This document shows, piece by piece, positions 1-13,075 of a stretch of 64,000 bases of DNA. How positions within the stretch are numbered: the stretch's first letter is position 1; each line of letters opens with the position of its first letter. Position numbers and translations under genes: made by a program. This DNA comes from Gammaproteobacteria bacterium (GTDB lineage Bacteria > Pseudomonadota > Gammaproteobacteria > Ga0077536). The DNA lies in contig JBHIYN010000016.1 in assembly GCA_041984235.1 (NCBI GenBank), positions 67,058-131,057 on the forward strand, written 5' to 3'. Under the pieces are notes generated by a model that was not told the DNA's origin, did not search any database, and worked only from the letters and a program-made list of their open reading frames with translations.

Positions 1-733
<733 letters not shown>

Positions 734-2050
734 TCAGGAAGGGTCGTCGCCGCGGCCGACGATGACCGTGATGAGCCGATCCAGTGCGACGCGGCGGCGG
801 AAGGCGTCGCGCACGTCGTCCGCGCTGACGGCGGCCACGCGCGCCGTGAACCGCTCGAGGTAGTCCAGCGGCAGATCGTAGAAACCGATCATCGAGATGT
901 ACTCGGAGATCTTGTCGTTGCTGTCGATGCGCAGCGGGAAGCCGCCGATGAGGTTCTTCTTCGCCGCTTCCAGCGCCTCGGCCGGCGGCCCGTCGTTGAC
1001 GAAGGCGGCGATGGTCTGGTTCAGCACCGCGACCGCCTCGTCCTGCTGCGAGCGATCGGTCTGCAAAACGGCCACGAACGGCCCCTTCTCCGCCATCGGC
1101 TGGAAATAGCTGTAGGCGCTGTAGGACAGCCCGCGCTTGTTGCGGATCTCCTCGAACAGCAGCGACACCAGCGAGTTGCCGCCGAGCGCGTGGTTGCCGA
1201 CCAGGAGCGGGAAGTAGTCCGGATCGTTGCGGCTCATGCCGGGCAGCCCGACGCGCACATGGCTCTGGATCGAAGGGTACTCGACGTGGGTGCTCTCGGC
1301 TGCCGGCGCGGCCACCGCGGGCAGCGCCGCCGCACGCTCGCCGGCCGGCATGGCCGCCGCGAGGCGCGCGGCGATCGCTTCAGCGCGCGCGCGGTCGACC
1401 GCACCGACGATGGCGATGACGGCGTTGCGGGCGACGTAGTAGCGACGATGAAACGCGACCACCTGCTCGCGGGTCAGCGCGGCGACAGCCTCGGGGTTGC
1501 CGTCGGGTGGCGAGGCGTAAGGGTGATCGGCGTAGAGATGGGCGAAGAAGGTTTCCTCGGCAATGGTGCCGGGCGACTGCTGCTTGTGACGGAACATGAC
1601 CTGCGCACGCGCCTTCAGCCGCTCCAGCGCATCGGCTTCGAAGCGCGGCCGCGCGATGGCGTCTTCGAGCAGACCGAGCGCCGGCGTCGCGTAACGCTCC
1701 GCCGCCAGCGTGCGCAGGTCGAGGTAGGCCATGTCGCGCTGCGCACCGGTGGTCAGGCGCGCGCCGGTGCGGCCCAGTGCCTCGCGGAAGGTGTCGGCAT
1801 CGAGCTCGCCCGCGCCTTCGCCGAGCAGGTCGTTGGTGATGTGGGCGAGCCCCTTGCTCTCACCGTCGCGCGCGCTGCCGCCGTCGAAGGTCAGGCGCAC
1901 GTCGATCATCTCGATCTCGGGCGCGTGCACGAAGTAGACGCGCGCGCCGTTGTCCGTGGTCCAGGTTTCGATCGCCGGCAGTGCGAACGCCGGCTGCAGC
2001 AGGCAGGCGGCCAGCGCCGCACAGGCGAGTTCGGCCAGGCGGCGCGTCAT
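734..2050 (-). CDS. M16 family peptidase, pitrilysin-like, without a canonical HxxEH motif (second subunit of a pair)
   Basis: 438 aa with a signal peptide and M16 C-terminal-domain-like sequence. It overlaps the upstream M16 gene by 4 nt (ATGA), the typical paired arrangement. Confidence 0.75.
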   Translation of the reverse strand: MTRRLAELACAALAACLLQPAFALPAIETWTTDNGARVYFVHAPEIEMIDVRLTFDGGSARDGESKGLAHITNDLLGEGAGELDADTFREALGRTGARLTTGAQRDMAYLDLRTLAAERYATPALGLLEDAIARPRFEADALERLKARAQVMFRHKQQSPGTIAEETFFAHLYADHPYASPPDGNPEAVAALTREQVVAFHRRYYVARNAVIAIVGAVDRARAEAIAARLAAAMPAGERAAALPAVAAPAAESTHVEYPSIQSHVRVGLPGMSRNDPDYFPLLVGNHALGGNSLVSLLFEEIRNKRGLSYSAYSYFQPMAEKGPFVAVLQTDRSQQDEAVAVLNQTIAAFVNDGPPAEALEAAKKNLIGGFPLRIDSNDKISEYISMIGFYDLPLDYLERFTARVAAVSADDVRDAFRRRVALDRLITVIVGRGDDPS

Positions 2051-3456
2051 TCGCCCGCCTCCGGCAACAGGTAGGCGACCGTGAGCTCCTCCGGGCGCAG
2101 GTATTTCTCGGCCACCGCGCGCACCTGCTCGCTGGTCACGGCCTCGATCTTCTGCACGTAGTCGTCCTTCAGCCGCCAGTCCAGGCCGACCGATTCCAGG
2201 CTGCCGATGATGATCGCCTGGTGCTGCATCGAATCGCGTTCGAACACGCTGTCGGCGACCACCCGGGTCTTGATGCGCTCGATCTCCTCGGCGCTCGGCG
2301 GCTCACGCTTGAGGGCTTCGATCTCGGCCACGATGGCCGCCTCCAGCGTGGACAGGTCCTGCCCTTCGCGCGGCACCGCGCTGAAGTAGAACAGCGTCGT
2401 CAGCATCGCCGCGGAGGAATAGCTGGCGCTGACGTGCGAGGCGATCTCCGCACCGCGCACGAGGTTGCGCTCTAGACGCGCGCTGCCGTCACCATCGAGG
2501 GTCTCGGCGAGCACGTCGAGTGCGTAGACTTCCCACTCCTCGACGCTGCCGTCCAGCGTCTGCGTCAGTACCGGCGCCTTGTAACCCAGCACGAGGTAGG
2601 GGTTGCGTGCCTTGGGGCTGTTGAAGGTGACCCGCTTGACGCCGCGCTGCGCCACTTCCGGGCGCGGCTTGGGCGGTGCGATGTCGCGCGCCGGCAGCGG
2701 CCCGAAATGCTTCTTCGCGAGCGCGTGCACGGCGTCCGGATCGACGTCGCCGACGACCACCACGGTGGCGTTGTTGGGGCCGTACCAGCGGCCGTACCAC
2801 GCGCGCAGGTCGGCCGCCGACATGTTCTTGATGTCGGCCTCCCAGCCGATGATCGGCTGGCGATAGGGACTGGTCTGGTAGGCCACGGCGCGCGCGGCCT
2901 CGGCTGCCAGCGCCTGCGGGTTGTCGTCGGTGCGCAGGCGGCGCTCCTCCAGCACCACGTTGATCTCCTTGGCGAACTCGGCGTCGTCGATGCGCAGGTT
3001 GGCCATGCGCTCGGCCTCGAGCTCGAAGCTGAGCTCGACGTTGTCCGCCGACCACTGCTGGAAGTAGGCCGTGTAATCGGTGCCGGTAAAGGCGTTCTCG
3101 CGCCCGCCGTTGGCCGCGACAATGCGTGAGAACTCGCCCACCTCGAGCTTCTCGGTGCCCTTGAACATCATGTGTTCGAGCGCGTGCGAGATGCCGGTGA
3201 GGCCGTCGTGCTCGTAAGCGCCGCCGACGCGGTACCAGACCTGGACCACGGCAACGGGCGCGCGGTGGTCTTCCTGCACGATGAGCTCGAGGCCGTTGTC
3301 GAGGCGGTACTCGTGGGTGCGCTGCTCGGCGGCACCGGTCACCGCGGCCCACATGGAGAGGAAGACGGCTGCACAGGGGATGATCAAACGCAAAGCGGAC
3401 GCTCCGGAGTTACTCGGCTGACACGGGTCAGACTGTGGCTGGGCGATATCGTTCAA
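2047..3456 (-). CDS. M16 family zinc metallopeptidase (insulinase-like)
   Basis: 469 aa with an HALEHMMFKGT zinc-binding HxxEH motif and an N-terminal hydrophobic signal sequence. Confidence 0.85.
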   Translation of the reverse strand: MNDIAQPQSDPCQPSNSGASALRLIIPCAAVFLSMWAAVTGAAEQRTHEYRLDNGLELIVQEDHRAPVAVVQVWYRVGGAYEHDGLTGISHALEHMMFKGTEKLEVGEFSRIVAANGGRENAFTGTDYTAYFQQWSADNVELSFELEAERMANLRIDDAEFAKEINVVLEERRLRTDDNPQALAAEAARAVAYQTSPYRQPIIGWEADIKNMSAADLRAWYGRWYGPNNATVVVVGDVDPDAVHALAKKHFGPLPARDIAPPKPRPEVAQRGVKRVTFNSPKARNPYLVLGYKAPVLTQTLDGSVEEWEVYALDVLAETLDGDGSARLERNLVRGAEIASHVSASYSSAAMLTTLFYFSAVPREGQDLSTLEAAIVAEIEALKREPPSAEEIERIKTRVVADSVFERDSMQHQAIIIGSLESVGLDWRLKDDYVQKIEAVTSEQVRAVAEKYLRPEELTVAYLLPEAGE

Positions 3457-3597
3457 CGTCGCGGCCGGGCGCCGCGAGGCGTGGCACCGGCGGCCGGGCG
3501 ATGGCCCGGGCCAGGGTGCTGAATGCTAGGATAGCGCATCCCGCGCGCAGCCGTTCCGCCCTGCCGCGCGGGTGTGTCCACAGTCCTCGGTGAATTC

Positions 3598-4520
3598 ATG
3601 TTCTCTCGCCTGAAAGCCGGCATCGCGCGTACCCGTGACGGGCTCGCCGGCGGCATCAGTCGCCTGCTCGGGCGCAGCCGCAAGCTCGATGCGGCCACGC
3701 TCGACGAGCTCGAGATGCTGCTGCTCTCGCGCGATGTCGGCGTCGCTGCCACCACCCGCCTGGTCGACAGCGTGCGGCGCATCGGCAGTGACGACACGCC
3801 GGCGGCGGCGATCGAACGCGAGATGCTCGCCATCCTCGAGCCGTGTGCACGGCCGCTCGACTTCGCGGCGCCCGGCGGCGGTCCGTTCGTGTTGCTGGTG
3901 GTCGGCGTCAACGGCGTCGGCAAGACCACCACCATCGCCAAGATCGCCGCCCGCCTGCACGACGCCGGCCGCTCGGTCGTGCTCGCCGCCGGCGACACCT
4001 TCCGCGCCGCGGCGGTCGAGCAGCTGCAGACCTGGGGCAAGCGCCTCGACATTCCGGTCATCGCGCAGGGCACCGGGGCCGACCCCGCCTCGGTGGTGTT
4101 CGACGCCTGTGCGACGGCGCGCAGCCGCGGCGCCGACGTGCTCATCGCCGACACCGCCGGCCGCCTGCACACCCAGGACAACCTCATGGCCGAGCTGGCC
4201 AAGGTGCGCCGGGTCATCGGCAAGCACGATGCGCAGGCGCCGCACGAGACCCTGCTGGTGCTGGACGCGACCATGGGACAGAACGCGATCAACCAGGCCG
4301 AGCAGTTCCTCGCCGCCGTCGAGGTCACCGGCATCGCGCTGACCAAGCTCGACGGCTCGGCCCGCGGCGGGGTGATCTTCGCGCTGGCCGAGCGCTTCGC
4401 CCTGCCGATCCGCTACGTCGGCGTGGGCGAGGCCGCGCAGGACCTGCAGGAATTCGACGCCGCCGAGTTCGTCGCCGCGCTGCTCGGCGAGTTCGCCGGC
4501 GCGGAACCCGAAACGGAGCC

Positions 4521-4524
<4 letters not shown>
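3598..4524 (+). CDS. ftsY: signal recognition particle receptor FtsY (short form without acidic A domain)
   Basis: MFSRLKAGIARTRDGL...GVNGVGKTTTIAKIA...DTAGRLH...TKLDG NG-domain motifs. The start is taken at ATG 3598 rather than ORF start 3574. Confidence 0.9.
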
Positions 4525-5188
<664 letters not shown>

Positions 5189-5189
<1 letters not shown>

Positions 5190-6154
5190 TGGCACGCGCA
5201 CGCACACGTCGCGGCGGCGCGCGCCGCCACCTGCCGCGCGGCTGGCTGCTCGAGCACGCGCGCGCCGCGCGCGAAGGCTGGAGCCATGTGCGCGACAATG
5301 CCGCCGCCGCCGCCGTCAGCGTGGCCGTGATGGCGATTGCCGTGGCGCTGCCGGCGCTGCTGTTCGCCCTGCTCGAGAGCCAGCAGTCGCTGCTCGGCGA
5401 GTGGGGCACCGAGCCCACCCTGTCGGCGTTCCTGACCGCCCCTACCGGGCACGACGCGGCCGCGGCGCTGGCCGCGCGCTGGCGCGCCGAGGCCGACATC
5501 GCCGGCGTCGAGCTGGTCACCGCCGAGGCCGCGTTCGCCGAGCTGGCCGGCGCGGTCGGCCTCGGCAGCATGGACGGCGGTGGCGAGAATCCCCTGCCGC
5601 ACGTGCTGGTGGTCACGCCGCGCGCGTCGGCCTGGGCCGATGCGGGCGGCGAGGCACTGGCCGCGCGGCTGCGCTCGGCGCCCGAGGTCGACACCGTGCT
5701 GGTCGACTTCGCCTGGGTCGAGCGGCTGCAGGCCCTCGCCGCCCTGCTCAGCCGTGCCCTGATCCTGCTGGCCGCGATCCTGGTCGCCGGCACGGTGCTG
5801 ATTGTCGGCAACACCATCCGCGGCCTGGTGGTGCAGCAACGCGCGGAGATCGAGGTCCTCAAGCTGGTCGGCGCGACCGACGCCTACGTACGGCGGCCGT
5901 TTCTCTACAGCGGCGCGCTGCACGGCCTGGCGGCGGGCTGCCTCGCGCTGCTGCTGGTCGAAGGGGTGTTCCTCGCCCTGGCCGGCCCGGTGCGCGCGCT
6001 GGCCGCCACCTATCTCAGCGATTTCGTCCTCGGCGCCCCCGGCTGGCGCTTCGCCGCAGCCGTGATCGGGGTTGCCGCGGCCAGCGGCTGGGGCGGCGCC
6101 TGGCTCGGCACCGCGCGCAGCCTGCGCGCGCTGGAGGTCGGCGCGGAGGCGTGA
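5189..6154 (+). CDS. ftsX: cell division permease FtsX
   Basis: ATG overlaps the ftsE stop. 321-aa membrane protein in ftsYEX operon order. Confidence 0.85.
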
Positions 6155-6253
6155 AAAACGGCCTGGGCGGGGAACCCGGCCGCCCTTTAGCACTCTAATC
6201 TCGAGAGTGCTAAAATCGTCTCAGACGAGGCATCCGGGAGGATCCACATCACC

Positions 6254-7123
<870 letters not shown>

Positions 7124-7148
7124 GTCGATCGAATGCCGCGCTGCGCCC

Positions 7149-7856
7149 TCAGGCGCGCGCGGCCGCTTCGACCCGCTTCAGCAAGGACATCAGGTAGAGC
7201 AGCAGGAACAGCGCGAAGTAGTACTCCTGCGGCTCGCTGTAGCGCAGCTCGTAAGGCAGGGACTGCAGACCGGCGAGGTCCTTGATGCGTTCCGGCGTAC
7301 GCACCAGGATCGCGAGCACCGCGGTCGGCAGGCAGTCGAACGTCGGCCACAGCCACGTCCCCATCTGCGCAGGCTGCACCTGCGCCGGCGCGCTGATCCC
7401 GCGCAGCGGGACGATGATGCCGCCGACCAGCACCCAGATCTCGAGCAGCAGGCGTGGCTTCTGGTCGAACCAGCTGCTCACGTTGTGCAGGTTGGTTTCG
7501 TTCTGGTCGTTGATCCCGGCCAGGTAGTCCGGCGTTGCCCAGCCGAACAGGTGCTGGCCCCACGACAGCTCTTCGCCGGCGAAGTACACGCAGGCCGCCG
7601 TCATCGCCGCACTCCACAGCAGCAGCAGGCTGGTGCCGCCACCGCGCAGCGCGAGCAGCAGGCGTACGCCGTAGACCGCGCCGATAATCGCCAGCAACGG
7701 CGTGAGCAGCTCGATCAGGCCCAGCTCGCCGTCGATCCAGGCACTGTAGGCCGCCGGATCGGCAACGCGTACCGGCAGGATGACCAGCAGCAGCAGGGGC
7801 GGAAACCACAGCCACAGCCAGCGCGGCAGGACCGCCGCAGGACGCCGCCGCGACAT
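7149..7856 (-). CDS. hypothetical integral membrane protein
   Basis: 235-aa ORF (MSRRRPAAVLPRWLWLWFPPLLLLVIL...) with several hydrophobic helices. It lies 5 nt downstream of ctaB on the same strand. The longer 7149..8720 ORF is a frame artefact overlapping ctaB. Confidence 0.5.
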   Translation of the reverse strand: MSRRRPAAVLPRWLWLWFPPLLLLVILPVRVADPAAYSAWIDGELGLIELLTPLLAIIGAVYGVRLLLALRGGGTSLLLLWSAAMTAACVYFAGEELSWGQHLFGWATPDYLAGINDQNETNLHNVSSWFDQKPRLLLEIWVLVGGIIVPLRGISAPAQVQPAQMGTWLWPTFDCLPTAVLAILVRTPERIKDLAGLQSLPYELRYSEPQEYYFALFLLLYLMSLLKRVEAAARA

Positions 7857-7861
7857 CGGCC

Positions 7862-8779
7862 TCAGGCCAGGCCGGCGAAGGACATCAGCGCGGCCCAGTA
7901 GTGATCGAGGAAGAACACCGCGAACAGGCCGGTGAGGTAGATGATCGAGTAGCGGAAGGTGGCGAAGGCCAGCGCGTCGTCGTGGTCGAACTGCATGCGC
8001 ACCGCGTAGTAGAGGAAGATCGCGTCCAGCACCAGCGCGCCGGCGAGGTAGACCACGCCGCTCATGAAGGTCACGTAGGGCAGCAGCGTGGCGACCACCA
8101 GGATCAGCGTGTAGAGCAGGATCTGCTGGCGCGTGAAATCGACGCCGTGGGTGATCGGCAGCATCGGGATGGCCGCCTTGGCGTAGTCCTCGCGGCGATA
8201 GATGGCGAGCGCCCAGAAATGCGGCGGGGTCCAGGCGAAGATGATCAGGAACAGCAGCAGGGCATGCGGGTCCACGCTGCCGGTAACCGCGGTCCAGCCG
8301 AGCACCGGCGGCGCCGCACCGGCGGCACCGCCGATGACGATGTTCTGCGGTGTCGCGTACTTCAGGTACATGGTGTAGATCACGGCGTAGCCGATCAGCG
8401 AGGCGAAGGTCAGCACCGCGGTCAGCACGTTGACGAAGGCGACCAGCAGGTACATCGAGATCGCGCCGATGAACAGCGCGAAGGCCAGCGCCTGCGCGCG
8501 ATGCAGGCCACCCTGCGGCAGCGGCCGGTTCTGCGTGCGCGCCATCAGGGCGTCGATGCGGTACTCGGCGACGTGGTTGATGGCGGCGGCCGAGGCCGCG
8601 GCCAGGGCGATGCCGACGGTCGCCGGCACGAACACCGCCAGCGGCACCGTGCCCGGCGTGGCGAGGAACATGCCGATCACCGCGGTGAACACGATCAGCC
8701 CGACCACGCGCGGCTTGCACAGCTCGGCGTAGTCGCGCCAGTGCCCGATCGCGGAGGGAACCAGGGTGTTGCTCGTCAT
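7862..8779 (-). CDS. ctaB: protoheme IX farnesyltransferase (heme O synthase)
   Basis: 305 aa starting [26 protein letters not shown], with UbiA-family motifs. Start trimmed from the ORF-track start; ATGA overlap with ctaA. Confidence 0.85.
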   Translation of the reverse strand: MTSNTLVPSAIGHWRDYAELCKPRVVGLIVFTAVIGMFLATPGTVPLAVFVPATVGIALAAASAAAINHVAEYRIDALMARTQNRPLPQGGLHRAQALAFALFIGAISMYLLVAFVNVLTAVLTFASLIGYAVIYTMYLKYATPQNIVIGGAAGAAPPVLGWTAVTGSVDPHALLLFLIIFAWTPPHFWALAIYRREDYAKAAIPMLPITHGVDFTRQQILLYTLILVVATLLPYVTFMSGVVYLAGALVLDAIFLYYAVRMQFDHDDALAFATFRYSIIYLTGLFAVFFLDHYWAALMSFAGLA

Positions 8780-9777
8780 CGTGTCTCGGGACTGGTGGTT
8801 GTCGGGCGGGTCGCGTGGACCAGGGTCATCGACGTCAGCAGCAGTAACGCGGCGCCGGCGTTGTGTGCGACCGCGACCGCCAGCGGCAGGCCGCCGAGCA
8901 CGTTGCTGATACCGAGCACGAGCTGCGTCGAGAGGACCGCGAGTATACACCAGCCGGAAATACGCAAACGGCGCTCGCCGGCGCGCACGGCGGCGATCGC
9001 CAGTGCTGCCAGGACCAGCGCGGTGAGCAGGGCGCCGAGCCGATGTGCCATGTGGATGGCGGTGCGCGCGGGGGTCTCCAGCACGCCGAATTCGTAGTTG
9101 ACGCCGAGCCCGCGCCACAGCACGAAGGCCTCGCCGAAGTCGGTGTCGGGCCACCAGCGGCCGTGGCAGGTGGGAAAATCGGTACACGCCAGCGCCGCGT
9201 AATTGGTGCTGGTCCAGCCGCCGAGGAAGATCTGACCCGCCAGCACCGCCAGCGCCAGCCAGGCCGCGCGGTGCAGGCGCGGGTGCGGCCGTTGCCCCGG
9301 GGCAGTCTCCAGGCCCAGCAGGTTCCACCACAGCAGCGCCAGGGTCGCCAGGCCACCGAGCAGGTGCGCGGAGACCACCAGCGGCTTGAGCAGCCAGGTC
9401 ACCGTCCACATGCCGAGCACGCCCTGGAACACGACCAGTGGGACCAGCACGTAGACCACCCGGCTCGCACCGCCGCGTGCCCGCGTGCGCCAGGCGGCGA
9501 GCGCCAGCACCACGATGCCGAGGCCCAGCGTGCTGGCGAGATAGCGGTGGATCATCTCGCGCCAGGCCTTGCCGCTCTCCAGCGGGCGTGCCGCCCAGTC
9601 CGGGTCTTCCAGGTGCACGGCCTCGCTGCCGGCCGGCACGGTGAGGCGGCCGTAGCAGCCGGGCCAGTCGGGACAGCCGAGCCCGGCATCGGTCAGGCGC
9701 ACGTAGGCACCGAACACGATCACGGTCAGGGCCAGCAACGGCAGCAGCCAGCTGAGGACACGGATCAGGCGCGGCAT
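8776..9777 (-). CDS. ctaA: heme A synthase (COX15/CtaA family)
   Basis: Start at [43 protein letters not shown]. Conserved CPDWP and a histidine-rich membrane protein. Confidence 0.8.
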   Translation of the reverse strand: MPRLIRVLSWLLPLLALTVIVFGAYVRLTDAGLGCPDWPGCYGRLTVPAGSEAVHLEDPDWAARPLESGKAWREMIHRYLASTLGLGIVVLALAAWRTRARGGASRVVYVLVPLVVFQGVLGMWTVTWLLKPLVVSAHLLGGLATLALLWWNLLGLETAPGQRPHPRLHRAAWLALAVLAGQIFLGGWTSTNYAALACTDFPTCHGRWWPDTDFGEAFVLWRGLGVNYEFGVLETPARTAIHMAHRLGALLTALVLAALAIAAVRAGERRLRISGWCILAVLSTQLVLGISNVLGGLPLAVAVAHNAGAALLLLTSMTLVHATRPTTTSPETR

Positions 9778-9808
9778 GTCGTCCGGTCCAGGGCCGCGTG
9801 CGCGCGGC

Positions 9809-10381
9809 TCATTTGATCTTGGACGCGCGCAGCAGGCGCTTGAGGTCGCGCTTGATGTCGCCGGGCTCGCCGGCATCCGCGAAGTGCATCATCACCTGGC
9901 CGCGCCAGTCGAGGAACACGACGCCCTGCTCCGCGCCATCGGACGCGCCGCCGGCGGCCACCGCAGCGGCGAGTCGGGCGCGCGCGGCAGGGTCGACGAT
10001 CACACGGTGTGCAGCCCCGCCGGGTGCGTCCACCACGGCCGCGATGCGCACGCGGGTACCGTCGTGTCCGAGCACGCTGCGGATGGTCTCGAGCGTACCG
10101 ACGGCTCGCTCGCACGCTTCGGCGCACGGGCCTGGCCCGTAATGGATCATGGCCCACTCTCCCGGCGCCAGCGGAATCGCCGCCAGAGCGGCCGTCACCG
10201 GGTCGGCGTTGACGTCCAGCGGCGGCTCGATCAGCGTGCCGCGGTTGAGCAGGCTGCCGCCGCCGGGCGGGCTGACCAGCGCGAGCCAGCTCGCGACCAG
10301 GATCGGAACGACGAACAGCGCCACCACCAGGGCGACGGTGTAGCGCGGCGCGAGGCCCTTGCGTTTTTCGACTTCGGTCAT
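9809..10381 (-). CDS. hypothetical membrane-anchored protein with CxxxC motif in the cytochrome oxidase cluster
   Basis: 190 aa with an N-terminal TM helix and GPGPCAEAC (CxxxC). Sits between surf1 and ctaA. Possibly a SCO/thioredoxin-like copper or redox accessory, but not recognisably SCO1. Confidence 0.45.
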   Translation of the reverse strand: MTEVEKRKGLAPRYTVALVVALFVVPILVASWLALVSPPGGGSLLNRGTLIEPPLDVNADPVTAALAAIPLAPGEWAMIHYGPGPCAEACERAVGTLETIRSVLGHDGTRVRIAAVVDAPGGAAHRVIVDPAARARLAAAVAAGGASDGAEQGVVFLDWRGQVMMHFADAGEPGDIKRDLKRLLRASKIK

Positions 10382-11094
10382 GGCAGTGGCTTCTTACGCC
10401 GCAGGTTCCAGCCCCCGATCAGCGCCAGCACGGTTGCCATCGCGAACCATTGCACGGCGTAGGCGGTGTGCTTGGCCGAGCCGTCGCCCGGCAGCGGCCA
10501 GTCGGTCGCGAGCGCGCCCAGTGCACCCGCATCGAGGTAGACCACCACCGGTGCCGGCTCGGCGCCGAGCAGCGGGGCCAGCCCGTCGAGCATCACGCGC
10601 TGTACGCGCAGCACGCGCGGGGACAGCCATTCGGCCTCCTCGGCATGCTCGGCCAGCGTGATGCCGACCACCGGCTCGTCGCCGAGGAAGCCGGTCAGCG
10701 TGGTCGGATCGGCCGGTGCAATAGCGTCCGGAACGGTCTCGCGCGTGGGTGGCATGGGGATCCAGCCGCGGTTGACCATCACCATGCGGCCACCCTCGGT
10801 CACGAACGGTGACAGGACCTCGTAGCCGGCACGGCCGGCGCGGGTGCGGTTGTCGAGCAGGACGTCGAACTCCTGGTAGTGGCCACTGACGGTCACGCGC
10901 CGCCAGCGGAATGCCTCGGCGAGCTCGTCGCCGGCCAGCGAGTCGAAGGCCACCGGACGCGCCGCCATGCGCTCGGCGAAGGCGGTGTAGCGCGCGTGCT
11001 TCTGCGCGGCGCGGTCGAGCTGCCAGAAACCGAGGCGGACAAGCCCCGCGCAGGCCGCGATCAGCAGCACGGCGAGGATCAGGCGCGTGCGCAT
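10378..11094 (-). CDS. surf1: SURF1 family cytochrome oxidase assembly protein
   Basis: 238 aa with LGFWQLDRAAQK, RGWIP and YAVQWF, typical of SURF1. Confidence 0.8.
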   Translation of the reverse strand: MRTRLILAVLLIAACAGLVRLGFWQLDRAAQKHARYTAFAERMAARPVAFDSLAGDELAEAFRWRRVTVSGHYQEFDVLLDNRTRAGRAGYEVLSPFVTEGGRMVMVNRGWIPMPPTRETVPDAIAPADPTTLTGFLGDEPVVGITLAEHAEEAEWLSPRVLRVQRVMLDGLAPLLGAEPAPVVVYLDAGALGALATDWPLPGDGSAKHTAYAVQWFAMATVLALIGGWNLRRKKPLP

Positions 11095-11167
11095 CGTGAT
11101 TGTGGTCGCGGGAACGAATCCCGATAATGACCGTCACACTTCATCAAGCCCACTCCGTCCCGCTGTC

Positions 11168-11383
11168 ATGGCAGATACCCCGTTCATCAAGGCGCTGGTC
11201 ATCGCGATCTTCATCGCGATCCTGGTCTCGCTCGCCGCGGCCGGCCTCAACCTGTTCCGTGACAAGGATCCTTCCGGCGAAGCGACCGTGCGCGCGCTGA
11301 CCTGGCGCGTCGGACTGTCGATCGGCCTGGTCGCCATGCTCGGCATCCTCTACGCGCTGGGCATCATCACCCCCAACGCCTGA
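11168..11383 (+). CDS. twin-transmembrane small protein (DUF2909-like) of cox clusters
   Basis: 72 aa, MADTPFIKALVIAIFIAILVSL...TVRALTWRVGLSIGLVAMLGILYALGII. Two TM helices. It sits between coxC and surf1 but on the opposite strand. Confidence 0.5.
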   Translation: MADTPFIKALVIAIFIAILVSLAAAGLNLFRDKDPSGEATVRALTWRVGLSIGLVAMLGILYALGIITPNA

Positions 11384-11450
11384 GCGCCGCGCCCCGCGGA
11401 AAAAAGAAGCGCCACTCGAAGTGGCGCCTCGCGTGAACGGCGCGTGCCGT

Positions 11451-12326
11451 CTACAGCCAGTAGACGAAGATGAACAGGCCGATCCAGACCACGTCCACGA
11501 AGTGCCAGTACCAGGCCACGGCCTCGAAGCCGAAGTGGTGCTTGGCGGTGAAGTGGCCGCTGATCGAACGCCCCAGGATCACCGCGAGCATGATCGTGCC
11601 CATGGTGACGTGGAAGCCGTGGAAGCCGGTCAGCATGAAGAAGGTCGCGCCGTAGATACCCGAGTTCAGGGTGAGGCCGAGCTCGTGGTAGGCATGGCCG
11701 TACTCCTCGGCCTGCATGAAGACGAACAGCGCGCCGAGTGCGACGGTCGCTGCGAGGCCCAGGATGAGCTGCTGCCGGCTGCCCTTCTTGAGGCCCCAGT
11801 GCGCCCAGGTCACGGTGCCGCCCGAGGTGAGCAGGATGACCGTGTTCCAGAACGGCACGCCCCACGCGCCGATGGTTTCCTTGAAGTGGGTGAAGCCATA
11901 GGCCGAGGGCGATTCCAGCAGTGGCCACGCGGCGACGAAATCCGGCCACAGGAACTGGTTGGTGGCCGCGCCCGAGCCCTCGCCGCCGAGCCACGGCACC
12001 GAGTAGATGCGCGCGTAGTAGAGCGCGCCGAAGAAGGCGGCGAAGAACATCACCTCGGAGAAGATGAACCAGGCCATGCCCATGCGGAAGCTGACGTCGA
12101 CCTGGTCGTTGTAATAGCCGCCCTCGCTCTCCTTGATGACGACGCCGAACCAGCCGAACAGCATGAACACGAAGAGCAGGAAGCCGACGCCCAGGATGGT
12201 CGGGCCGATACTGCCGCCGTTCAGCGTGGTGGCGCCACCGACGAACATCGTGAAGATCGCCACGGTGGCGATGATCGGCCAGCGGCTTGGTTCGGGGACG
12301 TAGTATTCGGAATGTGCTTCAGCCAT
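11451..12326 (-). CDS. coxC: cytochrome c oxidase subunit III
   Basis: 291 aa, MAEAHSEYYVPEPSRWPIIATVAIF..., a 7-TM COX3 family protein. Confidence 0.9.
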   Translation of the reverse strand: MAEAHSEYYVPEPSRWPIIATVAIFTMFVGGATTLNGGSIGPTILGVGFLLFVFMLFGWFGVVIKESEGGYYNDQVDVSFRMGMAWFIFSEVMFFAAFFGALYYARIYSVPWLGGEGSGAATNQFLWPDFVAAWPLLESPSAYGFTHFKETIGAWGVPFWNTVILLTSGGTVTWAHWGLKKGSRQQLILGLAATVALGALFVFMQAEEYGHAYHELGLTLNSGIYGATFFMLTGFHGFHVTMGTIMLAVILGRSISGHFTAKHHFGFEAVAWYWHFVDVVWIGLFIFVYWL

Positions 12327-12362
12327 GGTTTGAGCTTCCCGGTTGAGAGAATGGCGCCGGCG

Positions 12363-12941
12363 TCAGGAATGCGGGCGCGTGCCCGCGCTGCCGTCGCGCG
12401 ACGTCGTGGTCTGTGATTCGAAGAAGGTGTAGGCGAGTGTCAGTACGGTGACGTTCGCCGGCAGCTTCGGGTCGACCACGAAGCGGACCGGCATGGTGCG
12501 GGCCTCGCCCGCGGCGAGTGACTGCTGGGTAAAGCAGAAACATTCGGTCTTGCTGAAGTAACGCGCCGCCGCGTTCGGCGCCACGCTCGGCACCGCGTTG
12601 CCGGTGATCGGCCACTGCGCGGTGTTGACGGCCTCGAACTCGACCACGGTCTCGGCGCCGGGGTGCACCTGCACCTTGTTCACCAGAGGCCGGAATTCCC
12701 ACGGCATGCCGGCGTTGACGCTGGTCACGAACTCGACCGTCACCGTGCGTGATTCGTCGACCGTGGTCTGCGTCGCCTGCTCCGCGCTCAGCCGCCCGGT
12801 CTTGCCGTTCAGCCCGGTGATCTCGCAGAACACGTCGTACAGCGGAACCAGCGCGTAGCCGAAGCCGAACATCACCACCGTCGCGAGCAACAGCCGCGTG
12901 ACCGTGCGGCGATTGGCGCGCTTCAGATCGTCGCTGCCCAC
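12363..12941 (-). CDS. ctaG: cytochrome c oxidase assembly protein CtaG/Cox11
   Basis: 192 aa with LLLATVVMFGFGYALVPLYDVFCEITGLNGKTGR and the Cox11 CFCF motif region. Confidence 0.85.
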   Translation of the reverse strand: MGSDDLKRANRRTVTRLLLATVVMFGFGYALVPLYDVFCEITGLNGKTGRLSAEQATQTTVDESRTVTVEFVTSVNAGMPWEFRPLVNKVQVHPGAETVVEFEAVNTAQWPITGNAVPSVAPNAAARYFSKTECFCFTQQSLAAGEARTMPVRFVVDPKLPANVTVLTLAYTFFESQTTTSRDGSAGTRPHS

Positions 12942-12945
12942 GGCG

Positions 12946-13068
12946 TCAGATCCTCGACAGGATGCCCCAGGCGTAGATCGCCACCGCGACCGCCGCCAGG
13001 ATCAGGGCCGTGCGCACGGCGGCCCGCTTGCGGGCCGCCATGTCCGGCGGCGTCTGCTCGGTCGCCAT
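12946..13068 (-). CDS. putative small membrane protein between coxA and ctaG
   Basis: 40-aa ORF MATEQTPPDMAARKRAAVRTALILAAVAVAIYAWGILSRI with a single TM helix. ATG is 8 nt after the coxA stop. Supported by conserved position only. Confidence 0.3.
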   Translation of the reverse strand: MATEQTPPDMAARKRAAVRTALILAAVAVAIYAWGILSRI

Positions 13069-13075
13069 CACCGGA

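Noticed and set aside
7149-8720. 523-aa minus-strand ORF spanning the ctaB region
   Set aside because: Only the first 235 codons (7149-7856) form a coherent membrane protein. The rest is an Arg-rich alternative frame overlapping the well-supported ctaB gene, a high-GC frame artefact.
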